Of a DNA stretch of 64,000 nucleotides, positions 48,613 through 57,323 are shown one piece after another; the first letter of the stretch is position 1; each line of letters opens with the position of its first letter. The DNA lies in contig JBDKLC010000003.1 in the NCBI GenBank assembly GCA_039795775.1, positions 797-64,796 on the forward strand. Direction: 5' to 3'. Source of the DNA: Candidatus Parcubacteria bacterium. GTDB lineage: Bacteria > Patescibacteriota > Minisyncoccia > Phycocordibacterales > CAIZLB01. A program made the position numbers and the translations under genes. Below the pieces are notes generated by a model. The model saw only the letters and a list, made by a program, of their open reading frames with translations, was not told where the DNA came from and made no database searches.

Positions 48613-48953
48613 CAAAAAAGTTAAAAATCCCCATTGTTGGGGATTTTTACTTTTTGTGAACCGGAGCGATCTACTTGTGTGAATGTAGATGTGAATGTAG
48701 AAAAGCAAACGGTCTTTTTAAATATTTGATATGTGATATCTGGCTTATTGAGCATCGTGTCACAAAATGTCATACAACCGACATTCGGATGGCAGGGCAA
48801 TGTCACTAAAATGTCAGTATGTGACATCATACAAAAAGTCACAAAAGAGGAACTGAAAGATCTGGCACAAAAGAGCAATCATAAGACTTAAGTCATGAAA
48901 CAACATTGTGGATTGCCCCTGTATCCCGGCACGGCTGGTGATACAATAACCCT

Positions 48954-49757
48954 ATGAAAAAGAACCTCGGTCTTATTGTTATATTAATCATCGTATTTAG
49001 TGGAGCGTCATTTCTGTATTTGAAGGCTTTTAAAAAGGGGGAAGAAGCTCATCAGTTTTCGCACGCAAGTTCGACTGAGCCAGTTATTGTTCAGTATATA
49101 GAGCTCATCCCACGAAGTTTCAATGAATCAAGTAAGACATCAGGATATGAAGTGAAAGCTACATATCCAGAAGTTGCAGGTCTACGAAATACATACGCCC
49201 AAAAGACTATCAACGAAATAATCGTCAAAAAAGTTCAGTCTGTGATTTCTGATTTTAAGAAATCTTTATCACAAGCTGAACATGAAAAAGATGAAATAAG
49301 CACACTGGATATTAACTTCACCCAAGAACGCATTACTGCAATAGCAAATATCGTCTCATTCAGACTTACAGAAGCATACTACGCAGCAGGTGCAGCACAT
49401 CCAGTACAAACAACAGAGACATACAGTTTTGATACACGCACAGGAAGAGTTATCAGCCTCAGTTTACTCTTTATCCCAGGTTCAGATTATCTTCAGAGAA
49501 TTTCTACATATAGTATTTCTGAATTAAAAAAGAAATTAGGAACAGCAGCAGATGAAGACCAAATAACACGAGGCGCGGGGCCTGATGCAGAAAACTTTCC
49601 AGCATTTGTCCTTGGTGACACAGGTATCAAAATAATTTTCAGCCAATACCAAGTAGCAGCATATGCAGCTGGAGAGCAAGAAATAGTCGTGCCATATGGA
49701 GAACTCAAAGAATTTATTTCAAAAGATGGTCCGATAGGAACAATTATTCAGCAATAG
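48954..49757 (+). CDS. DUF3298/DUF4163 (RsiV/PdaC-like) exported protein
   Basis: N-terminal TM, YAAGAAHP, FD..TG..ISL..LF, F.QYQVAAYAAG. Confidence 0.8.
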   Translation: MKKNLGLIVILIIVFSGASFLYLKAFKKGEEAHQFSHASSTEPVIVQYIELIPRSFNESSKTSGYEVKATYPEVAGLRNTYAQKTINEIIVKKVQSVISDFKKSLSQAEHEKDEISTLDINFTQERITAIANIVSFRLTEAYYAAGAAHPVQTTETYSFDTRTGRVISLSLLFIPGSDYLQRISTYSISELKKKLGTAADEDQITRGAGPDAENFPAFVLGDTGIKIIFSQYQVAAYAAGEQEIVVPYGELKEFISKDGPIGTIIQQ

Positions 49758-49773
49758 TAAAAATAAATCAGAT

Positions 49774-50361
49774 ATGTTGTATACACGAAAAGGGGATGGA
49801 GGCACAACCAAAACATTTGGTTGCACACAACGAATGTCAAAAGGTTCACCTGTAGCAGAAGCACTGGGGTCACTTGATGAAGTGAATTCTTTTCTTGGTG
49901 TTGTAAAAGTGGCGAGTGCAAAAAGTGGATTCAAAGTAGACCTTGCTGGGGGACAGCGAGCGTTCGAAGCGGTGGTTCACAATATTCAAGAAACACTCTT
50001 TATTATTCAGGCAGAAGTGGCGGGCTTTCCAAAACCACTCCCAGATGGAAAAGTTGCTCAGACAGAAGAGATCATTGATACGATAGAAAAAATGCTTCCG
50101 CCAATCAAAACATTCTTTATTTCAGGTGGAAGTGAGCTCGCCGCACTCTTTGATGTGTCCCGCACAATGGCGCGGCGAGCAGAACGTCGAGTAGTTGGCC
50201 TCAATGACGATATCAAGGCGGGCGTAGCGGGCCCACAAGCCACTCCAATATCAGAACCCGCTCTGGCTTACCTCAACCGGCTTTCAAGCCTTCTATACGC
50301 CATGGCACGGCTTAGCAACCACCTTGCTGGGGTTGTTGAAACACCACCGAGCTACCAATAG
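49774..50361 (+). CDS. Cob(I)alamin adenosyltransferase, PduO type
   Basis: YTRKGDGGTT, G.LDE.NS.LG, RTMARRAER, YLNRLS. Confidence 0.9.
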   Translation: MLYTRKGDGGTTKTFGCTQRMSKGSPVAEALGSLDEVNSFLGVVKVASAKSGFKVDLAGGQRAFEAVVHNIQETLFIIQAEVAGFPKPLPDGKVAQTEEIIDTIEKMLPPIKTFFISGGSELAALFDVSRTMARRAERRVVGLNDDIKAGVAGPQATPISEPALAYLNRLSSLLYAMARLSNHLAGVVETPPSYQ

Positions 50362-50452
50362 CCCCTGAACCTGTACAAAAGGCCAAAAATCGTGTTATAT
50401 TCTGATGCGTTCGCAGAAATAAGGTTTCTTACCGTATTTCAAAGAACCACAT

Positions 50453-50525
50453 GGTGTCTATGGTGTAAAGGTTAACACTGGAGTTTGTGGAACTCTCAAT
50501 TCGGGTTCAATTCCCGATAGACACC
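50453..50525 (+). tRNA. tRNA-His(GTG)
   Basis: G-1 GTGTCTA..GGAGT-TT-GTG-GA-ACTCT..GGTTCAATTCC..TAGACAC C. Confidence 0.92.
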
Positions 50526-50594
50526 CTCGTATGAAAAGCCCGCGAAAGCGGGTTTTTCTATTGAACAAAAGAATCTGACTTGTATAATTACACT

Positions 50595-50810
50595 ATGAAA
50601 AAACTTATTATCTCAATTGTCATTATTGTAGTAGCTGTGTTTGTATATCCTAAGTCATACATTTCTTCACCAGGATTTGTAACACCAGAAGCGTATGCAG
50701 AATTCAACAAGACAAGTAAGAAATGCGTAGGGTACAGTTATCTTACAAACGCTGAAGCTATGGCAGCTGACGCACCAGGAAAGAGTGTTTGCTTTGGTTG
50801 GCTCAAATAA
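50595..50810 (+). CDS. Small exported protein with two Cys
   Basis: MKK plus hydrophobic signal, C..G...DAPG..C.G. Confidence 0.65.
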   Translation: MKKLIISIVIIVVAVFVYPKSYISSPGFVTPEAYAEFNKTSKKCVGYSYLTNAEAMAADAPGKSVCFGWLK

Positions 50811-50870
50811 GAGTAACGCAAAGATGTACGAGAAGGTCCTGTGGCAACTTAATCTAGTAACTACCATATA

Positions 50871-51404
50871 ATGAAAAAAGAAATTGAAGTAAAGGTGAAA
50901 GTTGATAGGTTTGATATATGTATGTCTTTACTTGAAAAAGAAGGTTGTACATTTTCTGATCCTATTGAACAGGACGATATGGTGTTCGTTAACTATGACG
51001 GCGATTATCTTCAGTTTCCACACGGAGCAAATTATCTCCGAATACGAAAAACAAAAGATGGTGCGTTCTTCACTCTAAAACGGGGAAGTGAGATGGATAG
51101 TATTGAAAGAGAGACATCAATCTCGAATCCTGAAGAAATGAGAGACGCTTTACTATTTATGGGGTATCACGAAGTTGTACAAGTGCGAAAGATTCGTACT
51201 AAAACAAAGTATAAACAATATGAAGTGTGTCTTGATGACGTTGAAGGGTTGGGAAAGTTTATTGAGTTAGAAAAAATAAGTGATGAAGACTCAGCTTTGG
51301 TGCAGCAAGAGCTTCTCGATCTCTTGAAAAGCTGGGGAGTAGAAATCAAAGAGCGAGTCCTAAACGGATATGATACTCTTATGTATATACAACATCACAA
51401 ATAA
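50871..51404 (+). CDS. CYTH domain protein (class IV adenylate cyclase, CyaB-like)
   Basis: EIEVK, LRIR, CLDDVEGLGKFIELE, GYD. Confidence 0.9.
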   Translation: MKKEIEVKVKVDRFDICMSLLEKEGCTFSDPIEQDDMVFVNYDGDYLQFPHGANYLRIRKTKDGAFFTLKRGSEMDSIERETSISNPEEMRDALLFMGYHEVVQVRKIRTKTKYKQYEVCLDDVEGLGKFIELEKISDEDSALVQQELLDLLKSWGVEIKERVLNGYDTLMYIQHHK

Positions 51405-51409
51405 GATAT

Positions 51410-51592
51410 ATGACTATTAAATGGAATGAAGTTACATGGTATTCACGAATCGCCGCCCTTATATTTTTCCTCCTCATTTTACCAATCTGGGCATTTATTT
51501 TAGGAAATAAATACCAGCTAGCGAAATCATCTTTACAACAACCAGTTATGGTACAAACAAATGATACTTGTCCGGAGTGCACACTTGAATAG
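51410..51592 (+). CDS. Small membrane protein with WNxVTWYS motif
   Basis: KWNEVTWYSRIAA then TM and G..Y; C-terminal CPEC. Confidence 0.6.
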   Translation: MTIKWNEVTWYSRIAALIFFLLILPIWAFILGNKYQLAKSSLQQPVMVQTNDTCPECTLE

Positions 51593-51611
51593 TGCAAAAA
51601 TAAATCTATCA

Positions 51612-51914
51612 ATGAACTTTACTGAAAAAGTATATAAAGTGGTACACAGAATTCCAAAAGGAAATGTTGCCACATACGGACAGGTGGCAAAGATGGCTGG
51701 TAATGTGCGAGCAGCCAGAGCTGTTGGTATGGCTATGAGCCAAAATAAAGATACAAAAAAGATTCCATGTCATCGAGTTGTCTCTTCAACTGGTGCGCTC
51801 ACTGGATATGCGTTTGGGGGTATTACTTCAAAAAAGAAATTACTTCAGTCTGAAGGTGTGGTGTTTAAAAAAGAAAAAGTAGATTTGAACGTGTCACTGT
51901 GGTCAGGGAAGTAG
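51612..51914 (+). CDS. MGMT/Ogt family DNA alkyl-repair protein (single domain)
   Basis: IPKG.VATYGQVA, ARAVG, IPCHRVV, LL..EG. Confidence 0.9.
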   Translation: MNFTEKVYKVVHRIPKGNVATYGQVAKMAGNVRAARAVGMAMSQNKDTKKIPCHRVVSSTGALTGYAFGGITSKKKLLQSEGVVFKKEKVDLNVSLWSGK

Positions 51915-51938
51915 TGGATGTTTGATATACTTATCAAC

Positions 51939-52376
51939 ATGAACCTTTTTGTAACATTTTTCACTTGTGTAGTATTGGCCGTATTTGGCTGGTACTACAT
52001 TGGTGGTTTTAATGTTCAATATCACTCACTTTATAATTTTAAGTGGCAAGGCTGTTCAGCCGAAGAAGTCACTCACAATGCTCCTAGAGAAGCACGAGGA
52101 TCTTTTGTTAATGGCGTATTTGTTATCAAGGCTCAAAAAGAAGCAATGTGCTCAGCCATGGGAATGTCTGGCAAATTGAATGTGGATAGTGAAAAAAATA
52201 TCATCACTCTTGATGAAGTAAAAAGCTATGGGTCATTTATACCTGTAAAATGTACATGTAATTACGACATTACATACGAAGTAAAAAACCTTCCTAATCA
52301 AAATGAAGATTTCTATATTATTTCAAATATTACTCGGCCTTCTATCATACCGATAGAAAACCATTACGGACTATAG
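51939..52376 (+). CDS. Hypothetical exported protein (Cys-containing)
   Basis: N-terminal TM, C, C, CTC; TATACT upstream. Confidence 0.6.
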   Translation: MNLFVTFFTCVVLAVFGWYYIGGFNVQYHSLYNFKWQGCSAEEVTHNAPREARGSFVNGVFVIKAQKEAMCSAMGMSGKLNVDSEKNIITLDEVKSYGSFIPVKCTCNYDITYEVKNLPNQNEDFYIISNITRPSIIPIENHYGL

Positions 52377-53117
52377 AAGATTTCGTTTCCAGTTGTCTAA
52401 GATAACAGCTGTTGCTACAGACGCGTTGAGTGATTCTGCTTTTCCAAAAGCAGGGATGGTGATTTTTTCTTTAATAATTGCTGAAATTTCAGAAGAGATT
52501 CCGTTTGATTCATTACCCATAACGAGAATGCCTTCTTTTGGAAATTTGTATGTGTGTACGGATGTTCCGTTGAGGAAAGCTCCGAGAATAGGAAGTGAAG
52601 TTTCCTTCAAGAATTCTTCAAGGTTTGTATACATCATTTGAACTCGAGTGAATGATCCCATTGTGGCAGAAATTGTTTTACTGTTATAGAAGTCAGTTGT
52701 TGTTGCTGAAGCAATGATTTTCTTTATACCGTACCAGTCAGCGATTCTGATGATAGTGCCGAGGTTCCCAGGGTCTCTGATCGTATCGAGAGCAAGAACA
52801 AGTTCACCTGATCCTACAGAAAGGGAAGTTGCTGGTTTTTGTTTAGCGATAGCCAGCGCTGCATTGTTTGTCTCGAGGGTACCCATATTTTCAATTTCTT
52901 TTTGTTCAACGAGTTCCCATGCAACCTGAGATGTATTGAGGAGTTGAAGATATTTTTGTTTGAAGTACGCAGTGATGAAAAGAGCATCAAGTTTGAAGTC
53001 TGACTGTAAAAGCTCAACAACACTTTTTTCTCCTTCGACAACAAAAAGACCCTTCTCGTTTCGGTATTTTTTCTCCTGTAATTGCTGAATTGATTTTGCT
53101 CGTCCTTTTGTAAGCAT
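52371..53117 (-). CDS. TrmH/SpoU family RNA methyltransferase
   Basis: GLFVVEGEK, IRDPGNLGTIIR.ADW, GNESNG, ESLNASVA. Confidence 0.93.
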   Translation of the reverse strand: MLTKGRAKSIQQLQEKKYRNEKGLFVVEGEKSVVELLQSDFKLDALFITAYFKQKYLQLLNTSQVAWELVEQKEIENMGTLETNNAALAIAKQKPATSLSVGSGELVLALDTIRDPGNLGTIIRIADWYGIKKIIASATTTDFYNSKTISATMGSFTRVQMMYTNLEEFLKETSLPILGAFLNGTSVHTYKFPKEGILVMGNESNGISSEISAIIKEKITIPAFGKAESLNASVATAVILDNWKRNLL

Positions 53118-53224
53118 ATAGCGTGTATTGGTTAGTGACTCGATTCTAGCGCATACATCGAAGAATAACAATTTTTTGATATACTATTTAAGGTTTTTTA
53201 ACTTATCATTAATTACTACTTATA

Positions 53225-53770
53225 ATGGTTGAATGGAATACAGTTACTTGGTACTCAAAGATTGCCACACTAGTTGTTTTGCTCGGAGTAGTTCCTACAA
53301 TCGCATTTCTTGTTGGATCTCAGTATGGACTGACAATTCTTACAATTGAAGAGTCTCAACTTTCGAATCAAACTCTCGTTGTACCAGCGTCTCAGCGTGA
53401 AAAACAGCTTGCATCATCCACCAAGGGAATCCTCGCACAAGTTCAAAAAAGTCTTGTTGGAACATGGCAGAGTCTTATAGATAAAAAGTACGTTGTAATT
53501 TTTTCGAAATCTGGAGAACTTCGTGAAGAGTACCGAGACCCAGAAATTGTTGGTGACCCAACCGTAGATAGGGGAACGTGGAAAGTGTTGGGTGAATTTC
53601 AGATGTCTGACTTGCAACTTACAACAGATTTTAGTGACGGAGCTTTTTTGAAAAAAGTATTTGTTGATGGTCATGCGTATAACTACAAAGTTGTACGAAT
53701 TGGTACAAGTACTCTCGAGCTTATGTATCTTGATACGGGTAAATTAAATAAATTTACGAAAGTTAAATAA
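53225..53770 (+). CDS. Membrane-anchored protein with WNxVTWYS motif and lipocalin-like C-terminal domain
   Basis: EWNTVTWYSKIA plus TM; LVGTWQS...F...G...GTW. Confidence 0.65.
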   Translation: MVEWNTVTWYSKIATLVVLLGVVPTIAFLVGSQYGLTILTIEESQLSNQTLVVPASQREKQLASSTKGILAQVQKSLVGTWQSLIDKKYVVIFSKSGELREEYRDPEIVGDPTVDRGTWKVLGEFQMSDLQLTTDFSDGAFLKKVFVDGHAYNYKVVRIGTSTLELMYLDTGKLNKFTKVK

Positions 53771-53816
53771 TATATAAAGAAAAGATAAAAAACATCCCTC
53801 ACAGAGGGATGTTTTT

Positions 53817-54155
53817 TTATGCTGCCATTCTTGTGTCGTGTTCTGCCGAGTCACCAGCTTCAGTGAGGTTGAGAGCTATGTGTGAGTTTTCTTGGTGTTT
53901 TGGTCCAGGAAGAGTGTTGAGAGCATCTTCTGTCATTAAAATGTCTGCTTTGATGTTTTCAATTTCTTTAAAGAGTTCCTCTTTTGTAGGGCTAGAGGCA
54001 TCTTTTGCTTCTGTTTCGAGTTGGAGAACAAGGGCGTAGAACGCAGCGAGTCGATCTTCGAGTTCTGGACGAGTCCAGTTTTCAAAAGGGCCTGATTCTA
54101 CAGCTGGAGTTAGTGATTCAGGGGAGTGTATTGTTGGTTCGAATTTTTCTTTCAT
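53817..54155 (-). CDS. Hypothetical acidic protein
   Basis: TATAAT-6 nt-ATG; helical acidic sequence. Confidence 0.6.
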   Translation of the reverse strand: MKEKFEPTIHSPESLTPAVESGPFENWTRPELEDRLAAFYALVLQLETEAKDASSPTKEELFKEIENIKADILMTEDALNTLPGPKHQENSHIALNLTEAGDSAEHDTRMAA

Positions 54156-54384
54156 GTACTGATTATATACCGGATATAGAAAAAATATTCATGTAAAAAG
54201 AGAAGGATTTCCACAGGTGGATAAGAGCACTAGTTTAATAGGGAATGGGGGGATAAGAGTACACAATTCACCAGATATTTGACACTTTGACAAGTGAGGA
54301 GTAGCATCAATTTTGGACTTCTGAATCACAACCCGGTTCGTTACTGTCCACAACTGAAACTCAACCCAATAGATCGTTTAATTA

Positions 54385-55287
54385 ATGAATAGAAAAAGAC
54401 TCAAAATTCTCCCAGTCCCTGGAGCTCTCGAAGCACAGTGGTCGAGGTGTCTTGTATTTTGCCCAATGCGGCGATATAGCCCTCGGGAGTTCTTGCAACT
54501 CTTTGGTCCTCACGACGTGATGACCTATGCCAAACCTGGCCGGTTGCTCATTGAAGGAGACCCTACAGGGGGTCACATCAATGTCATTCATCGCAAGATG
54601 GAAGTCACAACTCGTCTTCATGAGTGGGAAACTCTGGTGGTCGTCACTGACCAGCGGACTGCAGACCCAAACATGTTGGTGGAAAGGCTTACTCTGGAAG
54701 CGCTTCGTGCTAGACGGGATACCGTTATGCTCGGGCGCCTCAGAGTGCTACACATCCACATTGGCGAAAACAGCACGTGGGATGACCACGGAATGAAGCT
54801 GACCTTTCCTCTGCAGTGTCTCAAGTGCATCGAAGTGGGCTGTCTGGATCCGCGTTTGGTCAACGGACGAGCTAATCGTCCGCCCAAAAAACGAAAACCC
54901 ATATTTTCTTATCCAGCAGTGTTACTCGATTTAGTCCAAGGCAATGAAGAGGAATCCCGGTGGCTTGTGGAAAATCTCTCGCATGCCGTAGCACATTACG
55001 GAACACGTAAGATCGTCATTCAAGCACATGAAGATTGCAAAGCTCATCCGGTCCCCGGCGAGCAGGAAAACTTGCATGTTGGAATGAAGGCCCGTCAGGA
55101 AGTGTCCGAAAAGGCAATCCAAATCCTGAGCAAAGTGCCTTCTTTGCGCAACGTTCGTTTTTCTCTCGGCTACGAAACACTCGACGGAGTGCGTCTGGCT
55201 GTCCGTCGTCAACGACTGGGTCTTCAGGACGAACAACTCATCGTCTCTGGACTTCCTATGTCTGGAATGGAATCAGCACCTCACTAA
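54385..55287 (+). CDS. GC-rich orphan with C-terminal beta-carbonic-anhydrase-like domain
   Basis: GCLDPR (CxDxR) and HEDC (HxxC) motifs; TTGACA-17-TAGCAT promoter at 54279-54307; strong hairpin 55297-55332. Confidence 0.6.
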   Translation: MNRKRLKILPVPGALEAQWSRCLVFCPMRRYSPREFLQLFGPHDVMTYAKPGRLLIEGDPTGGHINVIHRKMEVTTRLHEWETLVVVTDQRTADPNMLVERLTLEALRARRDTVMLGRLRVLHIHIGENSTWDDHGMKLTFPLQCLKCIEVGCLDPRLVNGRANRPPKKRKPIFSYPAVLLDLVQGNEEESRWLVENLSHAVAHYGTRKIVIQAHEDCKAHPVPGEQENLHVGMKARQEVSEKAIQILSKVPSLRNVRFSLGYETLDGVRLAVRRQRLGLQDEQLIVSGLPMSGMESAPH

Positions 55288-55358
55288 AATCAAACAATGG
55301 CCGGCGCCCCTCTTCGAGAGGGCGCCGGCCATAACCATTTTTATACTTATTTTCCTCA

Positions 55359-55901
55359 ATGAATCAATTTGATATACTAGTGCAAATGACAAATTTCATG
55401 GTAGCCATCACCCACATCGGCAGCCCTCAGATGATGCTCCTCCTCACGTTTTTTCTCGTCGTATTTATGTGGCATCACAAAAAACCACACCATCTTTTTC
55501 AATTTGCTCTCTTTATGATCCTTGGTGCAGTTTCTGTTTACCTTTTGAAAATAGCTTTTAAAATTCCTCGACCTGCAGGCGGTCTTATTACAGAATATGG
55601 ATACGGCTTTCCAAGTGGACACGCTGCTATGGCTACTCTTTTCTTTTTGCTAGTCATCTACACATATAGAACACATTTCGAACAAGCTATCGCACGATTT
55701 TTATTTGTAACAGGTAGTCTCGCACTCATTGGCATTATTAGTTACAGTCGAATATATCTAGGCGTACATACACCTACAGATGTTATTGGTGGTATGTGCA
55801 TTGGCACACTCTGGTTTGTTTTCTCAATTTGGTTTTATAAATGGCTTTTGAAAGCATATCCAAATCTTGGATCTTCGCTTGGTGAAGAAACCATAAAATA
55901 A
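55359..55901 (+). CDS. PAP2 family phosphatase
   Basis: K..F.IPRP, FPSGHA, SRIYLGVH..TDV.GG. Confidence 0.92.
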   Translation: MNQFDILVQMTNFMVAITHIGSPQMMLLLTFFLVVFMWHHKKPHHLFQFALFMILGAVSVYLLKIAFKIPRPAGGLITEYGYGFPSGHAAMATLFFLLVIYTYRTHFEQAIARFLFVTGSLALIGIISYSRIYLGVHTPTDVIGGMCIGTLWFVFSIWFYKWLLKAYPNLGSSLGEETIK

Positions 55902-55913
55902 TTTTCAAATCAT

Positions 55914-56471
55914 ATGATAATCATCGGACTTACAGGAACAATAGGTGCAGGCAAAGGAACAGTCGTTGATTATCTCACCAAAGAAAAAGGATTTGTTCAC
56001 TACTCAGCCAGGGAAGTACTTACAAGAGAAGTAGAAAAAAGAGGTATGCCTCTCAACAGAGACAGTTATGCGCATGTTGCAAACGGACTCCGAAACGTTC
56101 ACGGTCCGTTTTATATTGCCGAACAGCTTTTTATTGAAGCAAAAAAACACGGGCGAAATGCAATCATCGAATCTCTTCGAACTCCTGGGGAAGTTAACTT
56201 TCTTCGAGAAAATCCAGGGTTTGTACTTCTTGCTGTAGATGCAGATATCGAAACACGGTATGAACGTATCAAAAGGCGAAAGTCAGAAACAGACCATATT
56301 TCGTTTGAAAAATTCAAATCAGATAATGAGAGAGAAATGACATCGGTAGACCCATATTCTCAAAACATCAATGCCTGTATAGCAATGGCAGATGCTGTGG
56401 TTCACAATCAAGGCTCACTAGAAGCTCTGTATGTAGAAGTTGATGAGGCACTCGCAAAGTTCTTCAAGTAA
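55914..56471 (+). CDS. P-loop nucleotide kinase (dNMP/dephospho-CoA kinase-like)
   Basis: IIGLTGTIGAGKGT, IESLR..GE, R..RI..R. Confidence 0.75.
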   Translation: MIIIGLTGTIGAGKGTVVDYLTKEKGFVHYSAREVLTREVEKRGMPLNRDSYAHVANGLRNVHGPFYIAEQLFIEAKKHGRNAIIESLRTPGEVNFLRENPGFVLLAVDADIETRYERIKRRKSETDHISFEKFKSDNEREMTSVDPYSQNINACIAMADAVVHNQGSLEALYVEVDEALAKFFK

Positions 56472-56488
56472 GTATAAAATTGACCTAT

Positions 56489-57103
56489 ATGACATTCTTA
56501 TCAAACCTCGGATGGCGATTTGCCACTCAACATTTTAATGGTGCTAGTGTAGATGGGGAATTAAGCTCACAAGTGCTCGATGCTATTCGGATGGCTCCAT
56601 CATCATTTGGTCTTCAGCCATATCACATTACAGTTGTTCGAAATTCAGAATTGCAAAAAGCATTACGAACACACGCATTTGATCAGGCTCAGATTACAGA
56701 CAGTTCACATGTGTTAGTTTTCTCAATTCGCACAGACATCAACGAACGAATTTCAAAGTACTTTGATGTAGAAGCAGCAGGGGAGGAAAGTCTTCGTCAG
56801 TCATACAAGTCATACGAAGAATCAATTCAAAAAACATTTGCTTCTATGGATGAATCAAAATTGAAACACTGGGCAACACATCAGACATATATTGCTCTCG
56901 GTTTCGCTTTGGCTGCTTGTGCAGAACTTCAACTTGATTCGTGTCCTATCGAAGGGTTTGATGTAAAAGCTGTACGTGAGACACTTCATCTTCCAATGAC
57001 ACATGAAGCTGTAGTTATGCTTTGCGTTGGATATCGAGATCCTTCGGCCAAGATTCGACCTAAAGTTCGGTTTGCCACAGAAGACTTATTTACTTTGCTC
57101 TAA
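56489..57103 (+). CDS. Nitroreductase family protein
   Basis: WRFAT..F, APSSFGLQP, DSCPIEGFD, GYR. Confidence 0.9.
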   Translation: MTFLSNLGWRFATQHFNGASVDGELSSQVLDAIRMAPSSFGLQPYHITVVRNSELQKALRTHAFDQAQITDSSHVLVFSIRTDINERISKYFDVEAAGEESLRQSYKSYEESIQKTFASMDESKLKHWATHQTYIALGFALAACAELQLDSCPIEGFDVKAVRETLHLPMTHEAVVMLCVGYRDPSAKIRPKVRFATEDLFTLL

Positions 57104-57124
57104 TACCCATATAAAATTGTATAT

Positions 57125-57313
57125 ATGAGCGCGAAACTAAAAAAAGAAAATATGATCACTGACAATGGTACCTCTGCTATTATTGATTCTCAAAAAGAAA
57201 TTTTCCAGGAATTGAAACTCACTCTCGAAGAACAAAAAGAAATTACTCAGCTTGTAAACTTTTTTGTTCTTGCGTTGTTCATGATTATAACTATGTACTT
57301 TTTTATCATTTAG
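57125..57313 (+). CDS. Small hypothetical protein with C-terminal TM
   Basis: 62 aa in a same-strand gene run. Confidence 0.5.
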   Translation: MSAKLKKENMITDNGTSAIIDSQKEIFQELKLTLEEQKEITQLVNFFVLALFMIITMYFFII

Positions 57314-57323
57314 GTATATCTAA

